The notes under the pieces are model-generated. The model was given only the letters and a program-made list of their open reading frames with translations. It was not told the origin of the DNA and did no database searches. From Reclinomonas americana ATCC 50394 (lineage: Eukaryota): DNA of 64,000 bases. Positions within the stretch are counted from its first letter, which is position 1. Each line of letters starts with the position of its first letter. Both the position numbers and the translations under genes were made by a program. The DNA is taken from the NCBI GenBank assembly GCA_048213135.1, contig PS015140.1:1-64000 (forward strand), in the 5' to 3' direction. This document shows, in pieces, positions 1 to 14,000 of the stretch.

Positions 1-739
1 GGGGAGAGAGAGAGGAAAGAAGGAGAGAGAGGGAGAGGGAGGAGGGGAGAGAGAGGGAGAGGGAGAGGGAGAGGGAAGAGGGAGAGGGAGAGGGGGAGAG
101 AGAGGGAGAGGAAGAGGGAGAGGGAGGGAGAGAGGGAGGGAGAGAAAGGGAGAGGGAGGGAGGGAGAAAGACAGAGAGAGAAAGAGACATAGACAAAGAA
201 AGACAGAGAGAGAAAGAGAAATGGACAGAGAAAGACAGGAGAGAAAGGAAGAGAGAGAGCGAGAGAGAAAACAAGACAACCAACAACACAGGGGCAAAGA
301 GACAGAGAAACAAGGAGAGACTGCCGAGACAAAAAGAGAGAAATCTCCCTCTGGCAGTCTGCCTTTCTGTTTTTCTGTCGCTGACATTGTACCTCTCTCT
401 CCCTCAGACGGACAGAGAGGGAGACACACAAATACTGAGAGAGAGAGAGAAGAGACAGAGAAAGAGAGACAAAAGGAGACTTCCAGAGACACAGGGAGAC
501 TTCCATAGACAAAGGGACACTGACAGAGACAAAGAGAGACTTCCAGAGAGAAAGGGGGACTGACAGAGAGAAAGGGAGACAAAGGGAGACTGACAGAGAC
601 AAAGGGAGACACTTAAACACAGAGGCAAAGAGACTCCAGAGACGAAGAGAGACCCCCACAGACAAAGGGAGACTGACAGATTTCCAGAGACCAAGGGAAC
701 CTGACATAGAGAAGAGAGAGAAGCACTCAAAATGCACAC

Positions 740-1908
740 CTCGCACAATCGCCTGGCCTTCTCCACACATCGAATGTACTCCACCGGAATGCTCAGCAGT
801 GTCGTCGGAGAACCACCACCAGCCATCGCCACAGCACCTCCTCCCCCCACACCTCCAAGACCTCCACCAGCAGGAGGGGGCACAGACACCACCAGCACAC
901 CTCCACTCGCACCTCCACTCGCACCACCTCCACTGCCCACCAGACCACCTCCACTGCTCCCTCCACTGCCCAGCTCCACTGCAACACCAGCAGCACCACT
1001 ACCACCACTTGACTGCATCAGTGGCGCACTGCCAACAGTGGCCGAGGAGGACGACAACGAGGAGGACAGTGAGGGAAGAGTGGTCGTCGGAGGTCCCACG
1101 CCCACTGCATTGCCACTGATGTTGCCACTGTTGCTGCTGCTGCTGCTGCTGCCTCCGACGGAGACAACAGTGGGGAGAGAGAGGGCAGGGCGGAGGGCGG
1201 ATTCAACGAGGTCGCTGAGTCGCTCCTGAGAAACGAAGGGGGAAGAAAGGTGAGAGGAAAGGGTGAGATAAATCGTCGCCTAAGGATGACTTAGGTGTTG
1301 ATAGGTGAGTGAGTGAGTGAGGAAGGCGGAAAGGGAGAGGAAGGGGAAGGGAAGGGTGAGTGAGTTAGTAAAGGAGTGAGTGTGCAAAAGTGTGCGTGTG
1401 CGTCAGTGTGTGAGTGTGAGAGTGTGAGAGAGTTTGCAGTGTGCGTGTAATTGTGTGTGTGTGATAGTGTGTGAGGAAGGGCGAGAAAGAGCGGAGAGTT
1501 AAGTGAAGAGTGTGAAAAAAACGTGCAAAAGTGTGCAAAAGTGTGCGAAAGTGTGTGATTGAGTGCGTGTTTGAGTGTGTGGGTGTGAGTGTGAGTGTAT
1601 GAGTGAGTGAGTGAGTGTGTGAGGAAGGGAGAGAAAGAGAGAAGAGTTGAGAGAGTGAAAAGTGTGCAAAAAGTGTGCAAAAATGTGTGTTTGAGTGTGT
1701 GTTTGAGTGTGTGAGTGTGAGTGTGTGAGTGTGAGTGTATAAGTGAGTGAGTGAGTGTGTGAGGAAGGGCGAGAAAGAGAGAAGAGTTGAGTGAGTGAAA
1801 AGTGTGCAAAAAGTGTGCAAAAGTGTGTGAGAGTGTGTGAGTGTGTGAGTGTTTGCACTTAACTGTGGCGGAGACGAGTTGCCGGAGAGCGCGATCCATT
1901 GCCGACAT
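740..1908 (-). CDS. Hypothetical Gly/Ser-rich protein, 5' part (exons 1908-1864 and 1225-740; continues off the left edge)
   Basis: ATG at 1908. GT..AG splicing joins MSAMDRALRQLVSAT to ERLSDLVESALRP...VEYIRCVEKARRLCE in frame, followed by a GTGTGC donor at 739. No family recognised. Confidence 0.6.
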
Positions 1909-1995
1909 CTTTGTTTGTGAGTGTGTTGGTGTTTGTGATTGAGTGTGAGGGTTACCGGCTAGTGTGTGTGTAACCTTTTCGGGGGAATTTCGACT

Positions 1996-2011
1996 GACCG
2001 TTGAAACGGTC
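1996..2011. promoter_or_regulatory. Inverted pair of AACGG (MYB/MSA-like) elements in the 168-bp divergent promoter upstream of ASPM
   Basis: GACCGTT-GA-AACGGTC is a perfect 7-bp inverted repeat; the function is inferred. Confidence 0.35.
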
Positions 2012-2076
2012 TTTTTTTCCTTGCATTGTGTGAGATAGGAAAAGAGAGAGCAGTGTGTGTGTGTGTGTGATTGGAG

Positions 2077-5000
2077 ATGGAGACGACGCGTGTGGAGGGT
2101 GTGGTGTTGGCCGATGGTGCGTTGCAGGAAGAGAGAGAGTCTTTTTCTTTGTCACTCTGCTTGTGTCATTCACAAAGGCCACTCCTTGTGCGCCCTCTCC
2201 ATTGCTTTCCCTCTGTGCGTCCTCTCCTTCACCAGCTTACTCTCTCTCTCCTCTCTCTCTTTCGTTCTTCGTTGCCTGCAAAGCCTGTTGTCATTCTGCT
2301 CTCCTTTCCTCACACGCCGATCTTTTCCTTCCCCTCCTTCTCTACCTTCTCCACTTCTCCACCTTCCCCTCATACTTCCTTATACCCCTTCCCCTCCTCC
2401 TCCTCCTTCCCCCTCCTTCCCCACTCTTCCNNNNNNNNNNNNNNNNNNNNNNNNNNNNNNNNNNNNNNNNNNNNNNNNNNNNNNNNNNNNNNNNNNNNNN
2501 NNNNNNNNNNNNNNNNNNNNNNNNNNNNNNNNNNNNNNNNNNNNNNNNNNNNNNNNNNNNNNNNNNNNNNNNNNNNNNNNNNNNNNNNNNNNNNNNNNNN
2601 NNNNNNNNNNNNNNNNNNNNNNNNNNNNNNNNNNNNNNNNNNNNNNNNNNNNNNNNNNNNNNNNNNNNNNNNNNNNNNNNNNNNNNNNNNNNNNNNNNNN
2701 NNNNNNNNNNNNNNNNNNNNNNNNNNNNNNNNNNNNNNNNNNNNNNNNNNNNNNNNNNNNNNNNNNNNNNNNNNNNNNNNNNNNNNNNNNNNNNNNNNNN
2801 NNNNNNNNNNNNNNNNNNNNNNNNNNNNNNNNNNNNNNNNNNNNNNNNNNNNNNNNNNNNNNNNNNNNNCCTTCCCCTCCTTCCCCCTCCTTACCCCTCT
2901 CCTCCCCCTCTCTTCCCCTCCTTCCCCTCCTTCCCCTTCTCTTCCCCTTCTCTTCCCCTCATTCCCCCTCCTCCACCTCCTCTTACACTCCTTCCCCCTC
3001 CTTCCCCCTCCTTCCCCCACCTTCTCCCCCCTTTGCCATTCACCTCACCTCCCCTTCCCCTCGTACAGCCGACAAGGAAAACACCTTCACCACCATCAAG
3101 CGCTCCTCGGTGAACCCCTTCACCAACCCACAGAATGCGCTCCTCCGCCAAGGACACAAGCACTCGCGCACTTTCAGCGGTGCCAGCATCTCGCTGCAGA
3201 ACATGGGCACTCCGCCACTCGCGGCCACCAACATCAAGGCCTCAGAGGTCGCCTCGCCCGCCGTGTCGTGCACCAGTGCCAGCACGGAGGTGGCCACCAC
3301 GTCGAAGAAGGTTCGTGAGAAAGGAGAAGAGAAGAGAAAAAGGGCATTGTCCCTCATTCTTGCCATCCTTCCATCCGACTCCTTCCCCTCCCGTCCTCCT
3401 CTCTGTGCACTCCGACTTACCCCCAGCCTTATCGTGAAACTCCTTCTTTCTCTCCATCCTTGCCAACCTTCTCTTTCTCGAATAACCCATTTCCAGCGCG
3501 TCCCTTCCTCATCCTGATGTTCTTCTCTTTCCCTGTTACTCTTCCTCTTCTCTTTCTCCTTCTTCCTCATCGTTTTCTTGCTCTTGTTCTCCATCTGTTC
3601 TTACTCTTGTTATCCTCTCAATCTTTCTCCTCCTGCCGTTGCTTTTCCCCTTGCCCTTGTTCTTCCTATTCCTCATTCCCGTCTCCTTCTCTTCTCTTCC
3701 TTTTCCTCGTTCCCCTTCTTCTCCTTCCCCGTCTCCTTCCTCATTTCCCTCCTCTCCTTCTCCTTCTCTCCACCCTTTCCCTTCTCCTTCCCCTTCTCCA
3801 TTCCCTTCCCCTTCTCCATTCCCTTCCCCTTCTCCATTCCCTTCCCCTTCTCCATTCCCTTCTCTTTTGCCTTCTCATTCTCCCTTCCCCTCTCCTTTCC
3901 CTTCTCCTTTCCCTTCTCCTTTCCCTTCTCCTTTCCTTTCTCCTTTACCTTCTCTCTTCCCCCTTCTTCTTTCCCTTCTCCTTTCCCTTCTCGTTTCCCT
4001 TCTCCTTTCCCTTCCCCCGTTTCCCTTCCCCCTTTCCCTTCCCCTTTTCCCGTCCCCTTTCCCTTCCCCCTCACCCTTCCCCCTCACCCTTCCCCCTCAC
4101 CCTTCCCCCTCACCCTCCTTTCCCCATTCTCCCTTTCCTGCTACAGCGCCGCTCAACTGCCAGCGAGAAGAAAAACAAGAGACGCTCGTCATCCGTCGAC
4201 GAACTGCAGCCAGTGCTCTTTATTCGCGCCTCCCGCGAGTTGCGCTTCTCACTGGAGGGCACCAAGAAGACCGCCGCAGCAGCCAAAGATAAGCAGGCGA
4301 CGCCTCCCCCTACCGCCGCGGCTGTGGCGGCAGTCGAGGAGGTGGTGGTAAAGGAGAAGGAGGAGGAAGACGAGGGCCCGCTTGACGATCTCCCGCAATT
4401 GGAGCTAGTGGCCTTTTCACAGACTCCGTGGGTCGAATTTGCCAACGCCGTGCCCGGCGAGACCTCGGTGCAGCGACTGGTGTTGCGCAACACAGGCATG
4501 CAGGCGCGTGCAGTGCGACTGGCCAAGCTCCCCGATCAGACCACGTGGAAAGTGCGTCAGCTGCCGCAGGTGGACACGGACACCATCACCGTGGCCTCGT
4601 TTGCGACGGCGGTGCTGCACATTGAGTGGACGCCGGCTGATTTCGGGGGCGTCAAGGGCAGCCTCCTGCTGATGATGGACGGCAGATTCCGTCTGCAGGT
4701 GCACCTGGCCGGTCACACGGTGGACGCCGCCAAGTGTCGAAAGGTGTGAGGGTGGGCAGTGGCATGATTCCTTTTTCCGCCATTCCTCTTTTTTTACTGC
4801 TTCTTCCCTCCCCTTTCCCTTCCCGCTCATTTCCTCTCTGTGCAGCGCAAGGCCGCCAAGCCCGCCACTCGTGACCCAGACCTGATCAAACGTCAGCACA
4901 CTGCCGATCAGGTTTGCTTTTCTCCTGTTTTTATCCTTTTATGTGTCCCACCCACTCATCCTTCTCCCCTCTCCCACAGTCGACCGCCGACTTGAGCTGC

Positions 5001-8000
5001 GTTTCGGCGGCGACCACTGCCGTCGAAACCTCGGCGGTGGCGAGGCCAGCGGCGGATCGCGAGGGGTTCCGCGCCGTCAAACTGGATCGGCGAATCTTGG
5101 AGGGCACTGTCGGCGTCCCGGCCGCGCAGCGCAAAGCGCCGACCAAGGCCAAGGAATTCAACCTGGGCGTGGGCGGCACTCGTGTCGGTCTGCCGGACAA
5201 GCCCACCGACACATCGTCGGTGGCTGTCGAAGACGCGCCGCCGGTCAGCGCCAGGTCCGAGACAGCGGAGGTCAAGAAAAAGGCCAAGGTGGTGGTGGAG
5301 ACCACCACCAAGAAGGAGGTCAAGACGGCAGCCGCTCCAGCTCCCACCAAGAAGCAGCCGCTAAAGCCTGCCGCTGCCGCTGCGCCAGCTGCGCCCAGTG
5401 TCAAGCCAGCTGATGCACCGACGGCCGGCAAGTCGCTGTACCGCAACCCCGGTCAATTCAAGGCGGGTGGTGCCGGCAAGGGCCTGCAATTGAAGAAGCT
5501 GCCTGGCCGCAAGCAGCCTTCTACTGCCGCCGCCGCCGCCGCCGATGCTTCGTTTGCCACCGAAGGCGACGATGCTGCGTCGTTGATGGATGCCAGGTTT
5601 GCGTATCCAGCTTTTCTTTTTCTTCTCTCCTCCCCGCTCACCACCCCTTTCCCCCACCTTCGCAGCATGACGAGCAATGTGTCTGTGGCCTCCTCGTCGT
5701 TCCGCTCCGTGACCCGCTTCAGTACGGCCTCCAATGTGACGCACTCGCAGCGCTCACGCAACATGTTTGCCGAGGACCGCTGGATGGAGAAGCAGGAGCG
5801 CGCCTTCCTCAACTTCCTCAATCACATGCTGCTGCGCTCAAACGAAACTGTCGACGCCTTCTCCAACCACATTGACGTGCGTCGCTTGTCATCGTCGGCT
5901 CCGGAGGGCGACACACGCGACGCGGTCATGCTGCCGATTCGGTGTCTGGAGAAGAACCGCAAACTGCGCTCGATTCGTCGACGCGCCTGCGTGCTCTTCC
6001 AGAACGACGCTTTCGGCCACATGATTCAAGTGCTGGAGCAGGAGATCGAAACCGGCCGCCTGGCCACACGCAGCGATCGCCCGCTGCATGCCGACGTCGG
6101 TCTGCAGGGACACTTCCTCAATCTCCTCCTCTGCTACAACCCCATCTGGCTGCGCCTCGGTCTCGAAACGCTCTTCAACGAGATCATTCCCATGGCCTCG
6201 TACGACGACGTGACGACGCTGCGCGACTACATTCGCCAGGTTGGAATGCAGATTTTGCTGGTTTCTTCATGGTGCGCGCTCACTCTACTCGTCTCGCGCA
6301 GCGTCTCATTTTCCACGAGGAGGTGGCCAGTCAGTACAGCAACTCGGCCGGCATTCTGCAGCAGGACGAGTTTGCCACGCGCATGAGCCACATGACCCTC
6401 TGCCGCTTCTTCATTCTGGTGCTCTTCCTGGATGTTGCGAAGCGTCAGCGCATCTTGCCCGAGGATATCTGCCTGTTTACGACGGTGAGTCACGGGAGAC
6501 AGTTTCTGGTGCGCTGTCTTTCTCTCCTTTTTTTGCGAAGAGCTCACATGCCTCGACGGAACAGACGGCATCGATCAAATCGAGCAAGAACCTGCTGGTG
6601 GAGTACACCCGGCTGTTTATGAGCGGCGAAGGCAATGTCATTCGCCATCTGCGGCTGCTGGGCTACGAGGTGTGTCGCACATGTGAAGATGAGTAACTGG
6701 TCGCTTGTTTCGCTCAATCATTCGCGCCAGGTGACCTGTGAGCAATCGCCACTGGAGGAGTACAACTTTGCCACCACCGACCTCGCTGTGGATTTGCGCG
6801 ATGGTCTGCGTCTGTGCAAGCTGATTGAGAAACTCGGCGGCCGTCAGGATATCTGCAAGGTTGGCAGACGTGCCTGGTTTTTCATCTGCATTCTTCCTCT
6901 CTCGCTCCTGTCGCTGCTTTTCAACTTCATTTCGACTCTCATTTCTTCGTCTCTTCCCTCACCTTCTCTCCTACCTCGTTTCCCTCGTCTTACTTTCTCT
7001 TCCCTCGCCTTCTTACCCTCTTCTCTCCATCAGCTCTCGCGTCGTTCCTTCCCTCTCCCTGCCTTCCATGTCCCTTCCTCTCCGTCCCTCTTCCTCTTCC
7101 CTTCCTCTTCCTGTTGCTCTTGCTCTTGCTCTTGCTCTTGCTCTTGCTCTTGCTCTTGCTCTTGCTCTTGCTCTTGCTCTTGCTCTTGCTCTTGCTCTTN
7201 NNNNNNNNNNNNNNNNNNNAGGAAGAGGAAGAGGAAGAGGAAGAGGAAGAGGAAGAGGAAGAGGAAGAGGAAGAGGAAGAGGAAGAGGAAGAGGAAGAGG
7301 AAGAGAAAGAGGAAGAGCAAGAGCAAGAGCNNNNNNNNNNNNNNNNNNNNCTTCCTCTTCCTCTTCCTCTTCCTCTTCCTCTTCCTCTTCCTCTTCTTCC
7401 TCTTCCTCTTCCTCTTCCTCTTCCTCTTCCTCATCCTCATCCTCTTCCTCATCCTCTTCCTCATCCTCTTCCTCATCCCCTTCCTCATCCTCTCCCTTCT
7501 CCCTTCTCCCATCTCCCTTCTCCCTTCTCCCTTCTCCCTTCTCCCTTCTCCCTTCTCCCTTCTCCCATCTCCCTTCTCCCTTCTCCCTTCTCCCATCCCC
7601 CTTCCCCCTTCGCCCCTTCCCCTTCCCCCTTCGCCCCTTCCTCACCTCCCCCCTCACACAGACCCTTCGCATGCCGGCTGCAAACGCCTCGCAAAAGACC
7701 TTCAACGTGGAGGTCGCGCTCAAGGCGCTGCAGGAGGCCGGTGTGGACCTGTCGGACTTCATGTGCAACTCCCTGTCGGAGACGCGCGACTTGGATGAGA
7801 CTGTCGGTGAGCACGCAATACCTTCTTCCGTTACCTTTTCTTCTTGACTCTTACTGCGTGCTCCGCAGGCGACGAAGAGGACATTATGTTCCTCCGTCTG
7901 GCCAAGACCAACAAGCGCGTGATCACCGCCAAGGACATTGTCACCGGTCACCGTCAGCGAACACTGGCATTGTTGTGGAAGATCATTGCCCACTGGCAGA

Positions 8001-11000
8001 TTCCGGCGCTGGTCAATGTGGCCGAGTTGCGCGAGGAGACGCAGCGCATCTTCAACCGGTTCCCGATCCTGAAGGTGCAGTGCGATAAGCGATGATGAAG
8101 AGTTGGCTGGCTTTGAAAAATACTTACTTGTCGATTTTGTCGCAGGCTCACGCCACTCAAACCGATCGCACCAAGCACTACTTCCGCGCCGAGGAGCTGC
8201 AGACGCTTCTCGAGTGGACACAAGCCGTGTGCGAAATCTACAACTACTCAGTCACCAACTTTACCAGCTCGTTTGGCGACGGCAAGGCGTTGTGCCTGCT
8301 CATTCACCACTACCAGCCTGGCTTGCTGCCGCTCGATTCGATTCGCGAGACTCGCAGTGACATTGCCGGTCGCGAGCATGGAGGCAGCGACGGGGAGGGC
8401 GACGAGGAGATGGACGAGAGTGAGGTATGCCGCTGTGGCGGAGATCGACCACGCGGCTCTTTATTGTCCTCACACTTAAGTCCACGCGCAGCGCAAGGTG
8501 TGGCGCATGAGTTTCAGCCCGACCACTGGCCGACCGGCGCCCGCCCTGCGAACGTTGCTGGACAACGAGAAGCAGAATCTGCTGCTGGCCGCCCGCATGT
8601 CGCAGCAACTCGGCAATGTGCCACTGATTGGTGAGCGAAAGTCGCTCATTTCGTCTTGCTCATCCTTCCCCCTCCCTCACACACCTCCCTTGCAGTGAAC
8701 ATTGCCGACATGCACGACCAGATTCCAGACGAAAAGGTGGTCATCACCTTTGTGGCGTACCTGGCCAATCGCCTGCTCGACCTGCGCAAGGGCAGCCAGG
8801 CGGCCTATGTCATTCAGAATTGGTGGCTGAACATCAAGGCCAAGCGTCAACTGGCGGCCTCCAAACAGGCTGCTGGCACCATTGGCCGTGCGTTCCGCGG
8901 TTTCCTGGAGCGCAAGGAGGCCACACGACGCGAGAGAGCGGCGAAGCGCATCCAAGCCGCGTGGCGCGCCAGCTGCTGCCGCGCACAAGTGCGCGTGTTG
9001 CGTGCCGAGCGCGCTCAAGACGATGTGGTGGTGGCTCGAGTGCTGACCGCAGTGCGCTCGCGGTACGACGAGATGACTGTGGCGTTCAGGCAGAAGCGCG
9101 CCGAGCTGGCGTCTGTGTGCATTCAGGTGTGGTCGCCAAAGTTGAAGCAAAGGCACAGAATCCGTGAGCTCACTCTCTTTTTTCATCGCAGTCGTGGTTC
9201 CGCGCTGCGATCGCGCACCGTCGATATGTAACTCTCCGCGGTGGTTTTACCAAGCTGCAGGCCATGTGGCGCGCTCGCGCATCACGCCGTTCGTTCTTGC
9301 AGCTGCGACAGGCCACTGTTTGCTTGCAGGCGCATGCCCGAGCGTGGTCGGCCTCGCGCCGTTTCCTGGCAATCAAGTCTGCCGCCATTCACCTGCAAGG
9401 CGTGTGGCGACACCGCCAGTTCCGCCAGCGGCTGGCACAGGTGAGCAGAGAAAGAAGCGAGTGGCCGTGGTGATTACATTGCTGACATTTGGTATCTGTG
9501 TGTGCACAGCTCCGTCTGGCGTTCAACAAGGCTGCCGCGCTCATTCAGCGTCGTTTTGCGGTGTATCGCGCACGTCGTGAGTACCTGGCCACCATGCAAA
9601 AGATTGCCGCCGTGCAGCGTCAGTGCAAGAAGTGGTGAGTGGCAGTTGAGGGGAAGGAAAAACGAAGGGAGGGTGAGAAGGGGGGAGATTCGGGGAGGTC
9701 TTTGTCATATCTCTTTCAGTTTTCTATATAACACCATGAGTCTCTCAGCATGTCTGCGTATCAGACTGCCTTGGCTGCGGGATTACTCGTGGTTCCAGTC
9801 TCGATTGAGTTCTCTATCTGTCTCTTTCATGCACACGCTTGTTTGTCCTCCGTTTTTTGCTCTCTCTCTCTCTCCTTTTGCGCTGTTCATTTGTTGGAAT
9901 TATGCCCATTGATTGTTTCCACGGCCATTTTCTCGCTCCCTTTATTCCTGCTCTTTCGTACACTTATCATCGGACGCGTTCCAGACTCTGCCTCTGCCTT
10001 ACGGGCTGTGAGTTTTCTGGTTTCCCTTTCCTGCCTCTCTCTCGCACACATTGTCTGTCTCTCACTGCCTCTTTCTCTCTCTCTCTCCGCCTTTCTCTCA
10101 CTGCCTCTTTCTCTCACTACCTCTTCTCTCACTGCCTCCTTCTCTCACTGCCTTTCTTGCACTGCCTCCTTCTCTCACTACCTCTTCTCTCACTGCCTCC
10201 TTCTCTCTCCGCCTTTCTTGCACTGCCTCCTTCTCTCACTGCCTTCTTCTCTCACTGCCTCCTTCTCTCACTGCCTCCTTCTCTCACTGCCTTCTTCTCT
10301 CACTGCCTCCTTCTCTCACTGCCTCCTTCTCTCACTGCCTCTCTCTCGCACCCACACTACCTCTCACTTCTGTTCTTCCTTTCCCTATTTGCGAATCTCC
10401 TTGTACAGGCTGGCAACGAGGCAGCAGAGCGCAACTGTCATCCAATCCGCCTGGCGCCAATTCATCGTCCGCCGCCAGTATGCTTCCCAGATGGCATCGC
10501 TCGTGCGTGTGCAGTCGTTCATCCGTGGCCGTCTTGTTCGAGCGCGCTTTGTGGCCAGTCGGCAGGCTGCAATTCGACTGCAATCCGTCGTTCGCATGGT
10601 ACGATTTGTTCCTCACATGGAGTCCTTTCGATTGTAATCTCACGCCTCGCTACATTTCGCGTAGCACTCTGCACGCACTCACTTCCTGCGCCAACGCTCT
10701 GCGGTGACGACTCTTTCCGCTGCATATCGCAGCTGGAAGCAGCAGCGACAGTACACGCAACAGCGCACCGCCGCCATCAAGCTTCAGTCGATGGCTCGCA
10801 TGTCGGCGCAACGCAAGAGGTGCGTATTATCAATCGCAAAGCCCTCGCATGTCAAGCTCTCTCTTGTCTCACTTGCCGCCGATGCACAGCTTCATGGTCA
10901 CCAAGAGCGCCACGATTGTGGTGCAGTCGGCGTACCGTGCGCTGGTGGCCCGACGGGCAGTGACAGCCATGCGCCATGCTCGCCTGCTGCGAGCCACCAT

Positions 11001-14000
11001 TCTGTGCCAGTCGCTGGCACGCACTCGCCACGCTCGCGCAGTGTACCTGCAGCAGCGGCGTGACGTTGTGCAGCTGCAAGCTTGCATTCGTTCATGGATT
11101 CAGCGCCGCCGATTTGTGGCACTGCGTGAAGCGGCGATCACTGCACAGTCGTTCTGGCGCATGTTTGTGGCACGCCAGCGATACACGGCGCTGCAGCGTG
11201 CGGCGCAGACGATGCAGACGGCATTCCGTCGTCGTCAGGCGCTTGTGCGATATCGCAGCGCACGCGCGGCCATTATCAACATGCAGAAGGTGTGGCGCGG
11301 TCGATGCGCCCGGCTGTGGTTTGCCCGACAAGTGCAAGCGGTTCGCGTTGTCCAGTCGTTTATCCGCATGGTGCCGTCGCGAGTAAGGTGAAAAGGGTCA
11401 AGGGTCCTTCCCCTCCTTCCCCTCCTTCTCCTCCTTCTCCTCCTTCTTCTCCTTCTCCTCCTCCTCCTCCTCCTCCTTCTCCTCCTTCCTCCTCCTTCTC
11501 CTCCTTCCTCCTCCTTCTCCTCCTTCTCCTCCTTCTCCCCTTCTCCCCTTCTCCTCCTTTTCTCCTTTCTCACCCCCTTCTCCCTTGCGCACAGATTCGT
11601 GAAGCAACGCCGCGCGGCGGTGATCGTCCAGGCAGCTGCACGCATGTGGATTGCTCGTCACCAATTTGAGCGCACCCGCCGTTGCATCATTACGACGCAG
11701 GCGGTGGCCCGCCAATTCATGTTGCGTTGCATCTATGACACTCTCTCTTCCCGAATAGCAAAGTTGCTGACTGCCACTTCCTTGCCCCTTAGTGCACGCC
11801 GCGACTACCTCCACACACGACGCAGCATTGTTAGCATTCAGAGTCTTGTGCGCGGCTTCCTGGATCGCCGTACGGCCAGCCGCCGCCTGGCAGCCATTGT
11901 GCTGGTGCAAGCCTGTGCTCGCTCGTGGCGCCAGCGACGCATGTACGTCACACTGCGCGCAGCCGCAATGCGCACGCAAGTGTTGTGGCGTGCCAAGCGT
12001 GCCGGTGCAATGTGCGTTGCCTTCTAGTTTCTTTGCCACCAACCCCCGCCACGTCGTGCCTCATTCATTCGCATTCACAGCGCACGCGCCCAATTCCTTC
12101 GCCTGCGCCGCGCCACCACCACACTGCAGAGTGCAGTTCGCGGGCTCTACGCTCGTCGCCAATTCACCTCCACTCGCCGTGCCATTGTGCGCCTGCAGGC
12201 CATGGTACGCGGCCGCCAGCAGACGATGCAATATACTCGTCTGCGAAATGCCGCTTGCGTCATGCAGCAGCGCTGGCGTGCGCGAGTGGCCGCCTTGCAG
12301 TTTCGCTTCCCGTACTCTCGCCCCCTGAGTCGTTGATCTTTCTCACTTTCCCTGTTTGCATCCTCAGTGCTCGTGAGCAGTACACATACACTCGCAATGC
12401 GGTGGTGTTGCTGCAGTCGATGCGTCGCATGGCGTGCGTTCGCCGCGAGTTCACCAATCTCCGCGAGGCCGCAGTCGTGTTCCAGAAGAATGCGCGCAGC
12501 TGGCTCACTCGCCGTCAGTACGCTGCCACTCGTGCGGCGGCATTGACCGTGCAGGCTCGTCGCCGAGCACTTTTGGCGGGTCGTCGGTGCGTAGCAAAGT
12601 GTCTCTAGAAGACGTGCTGTTCTCAGAAAGAAGACTGACAAGAAGAATGTATCACACACAGGGACCTGGCTGCCTTCCAGCACGCCCGGCAATCCGCCAT
12701 TCGCGTGCAAGCATGGTGGCGTGCTCGTTTGGCTTCCATCCGCTGGCAGTCCATGCGCGCTGCCTGCATTCGCTTGCAGGCCTGGACACGTGGTCGTCAG
12801 CAGCAGGCTCGCTACACGACCATGCGCCGCGCGGCAATTCGCATTGCCGCCACTGTTCGTCGTCATCGCGCACAACAGCAGTTCACGCAACTGCGCCTCG
12901 CTGCCATCTCTGTGCAGTCGCACTTCCGTCGCTTGTGCGCCGTGCGACTGGCCTCCCAGCTGCGAGTGGAGCGTGAGGAACGCATTCGCGTGGAGAAGCT
13001 GCGAAACGCCGCGGCCGTGCACATTCAGCGCCTGTTCCGCACGTACATGCTGCGCAGTCGACGAGTGGAGTATGTGCAGGCGGTGGCCTGCATCTCACAC
13101 TGGTGGATTGGCGTGGTGACTCGACGGGCGTACATTCAGCTGCAGGAGGTGAGTGTGCGCGAGAGAAGGGAATGGGTCTGAGAAGAAAAGAGATCTCTCT
13201 TTGGGAGAAGCAAGAGAGCTCTCTGTGAGAAGAGAGCTCTCTGTGAGAAGAGAAAAGAGACCTCCTTCTCTTTAACAGAAGTGAAAAGAGAACTATTCGC
13301 TCTCGCTGAGAAGAAGAGAGATCTCTCTGTGAGCAGAGAAAAGAGAACTCTCTTTGTGAAAAGAAAAGAGAGCTCCCTCTGTGGGAAGAAACGAGAATTT
13401 TCTTCCTCTCTGAGAAGAGAAAAGAACTCTCTCAGAGAAGAAAAGAGAACTCCTTCAGAGAAGAAAGAGAACTCCCTGTGGGAGAAAAGAGAATTTTCTT
13501 TCTCTCTCTTTGAGAGAAGATGGAGAGCTCTCTCACAGAGAAGAAAAGAACTCTCTCTCTCTCTCAGAGAAGAAACGAACTCTCTCTCAGAGAAGAAACG
13601 AACTCTCTCTCAGAGAAGAAACGAACTCTCTCTCAGAGAAGAAAGAACTCTTTCTCTCTGAGAAGAAAAGGAGAACTCTCTCTCTCTCCCTTTCACTCTT
13701 GCTACTCCATTGCCTTGTCTCTTAAACTGTGGTGCGTGTCGCAGAACATTCGCCAGGAGCAATCGCGACGTCTGGCTGCGACTGTGAATATTCAGCGCAT
13801 GGTGCGTGGTTTCCTGCAGCGACGCCGCTACCAGCGCACGCTCGCCGGCGTCGTCCGCATGCAGGCAATGTGGCGAGGTCATGCGGTGCGCAAGGCCAAC
13901 AGCCGCCGCGTGGAGCGCACTCGGGCCAAGATTCGCGCCGTGTCGGCGCATGTGCCAGAAGATCGCAAGCTGCGCCACCGCACAAGCAGCGCCTTGTCGG

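Noticed and set aside
1-730. E/R/K-rich and L/S/P-rich ORFs here and in other GA/CT tracts
   Set aside because: They are translations of intronic simple repeats, often running through N gaps.
7114-7430. Apparent inverted repeat: (CTCTTG)n, (GAGGAA)n, (CTTCCT)n
   Set aside because: The purine block is bounded by two N gaps and is most likely a mis-oriented contig piece.
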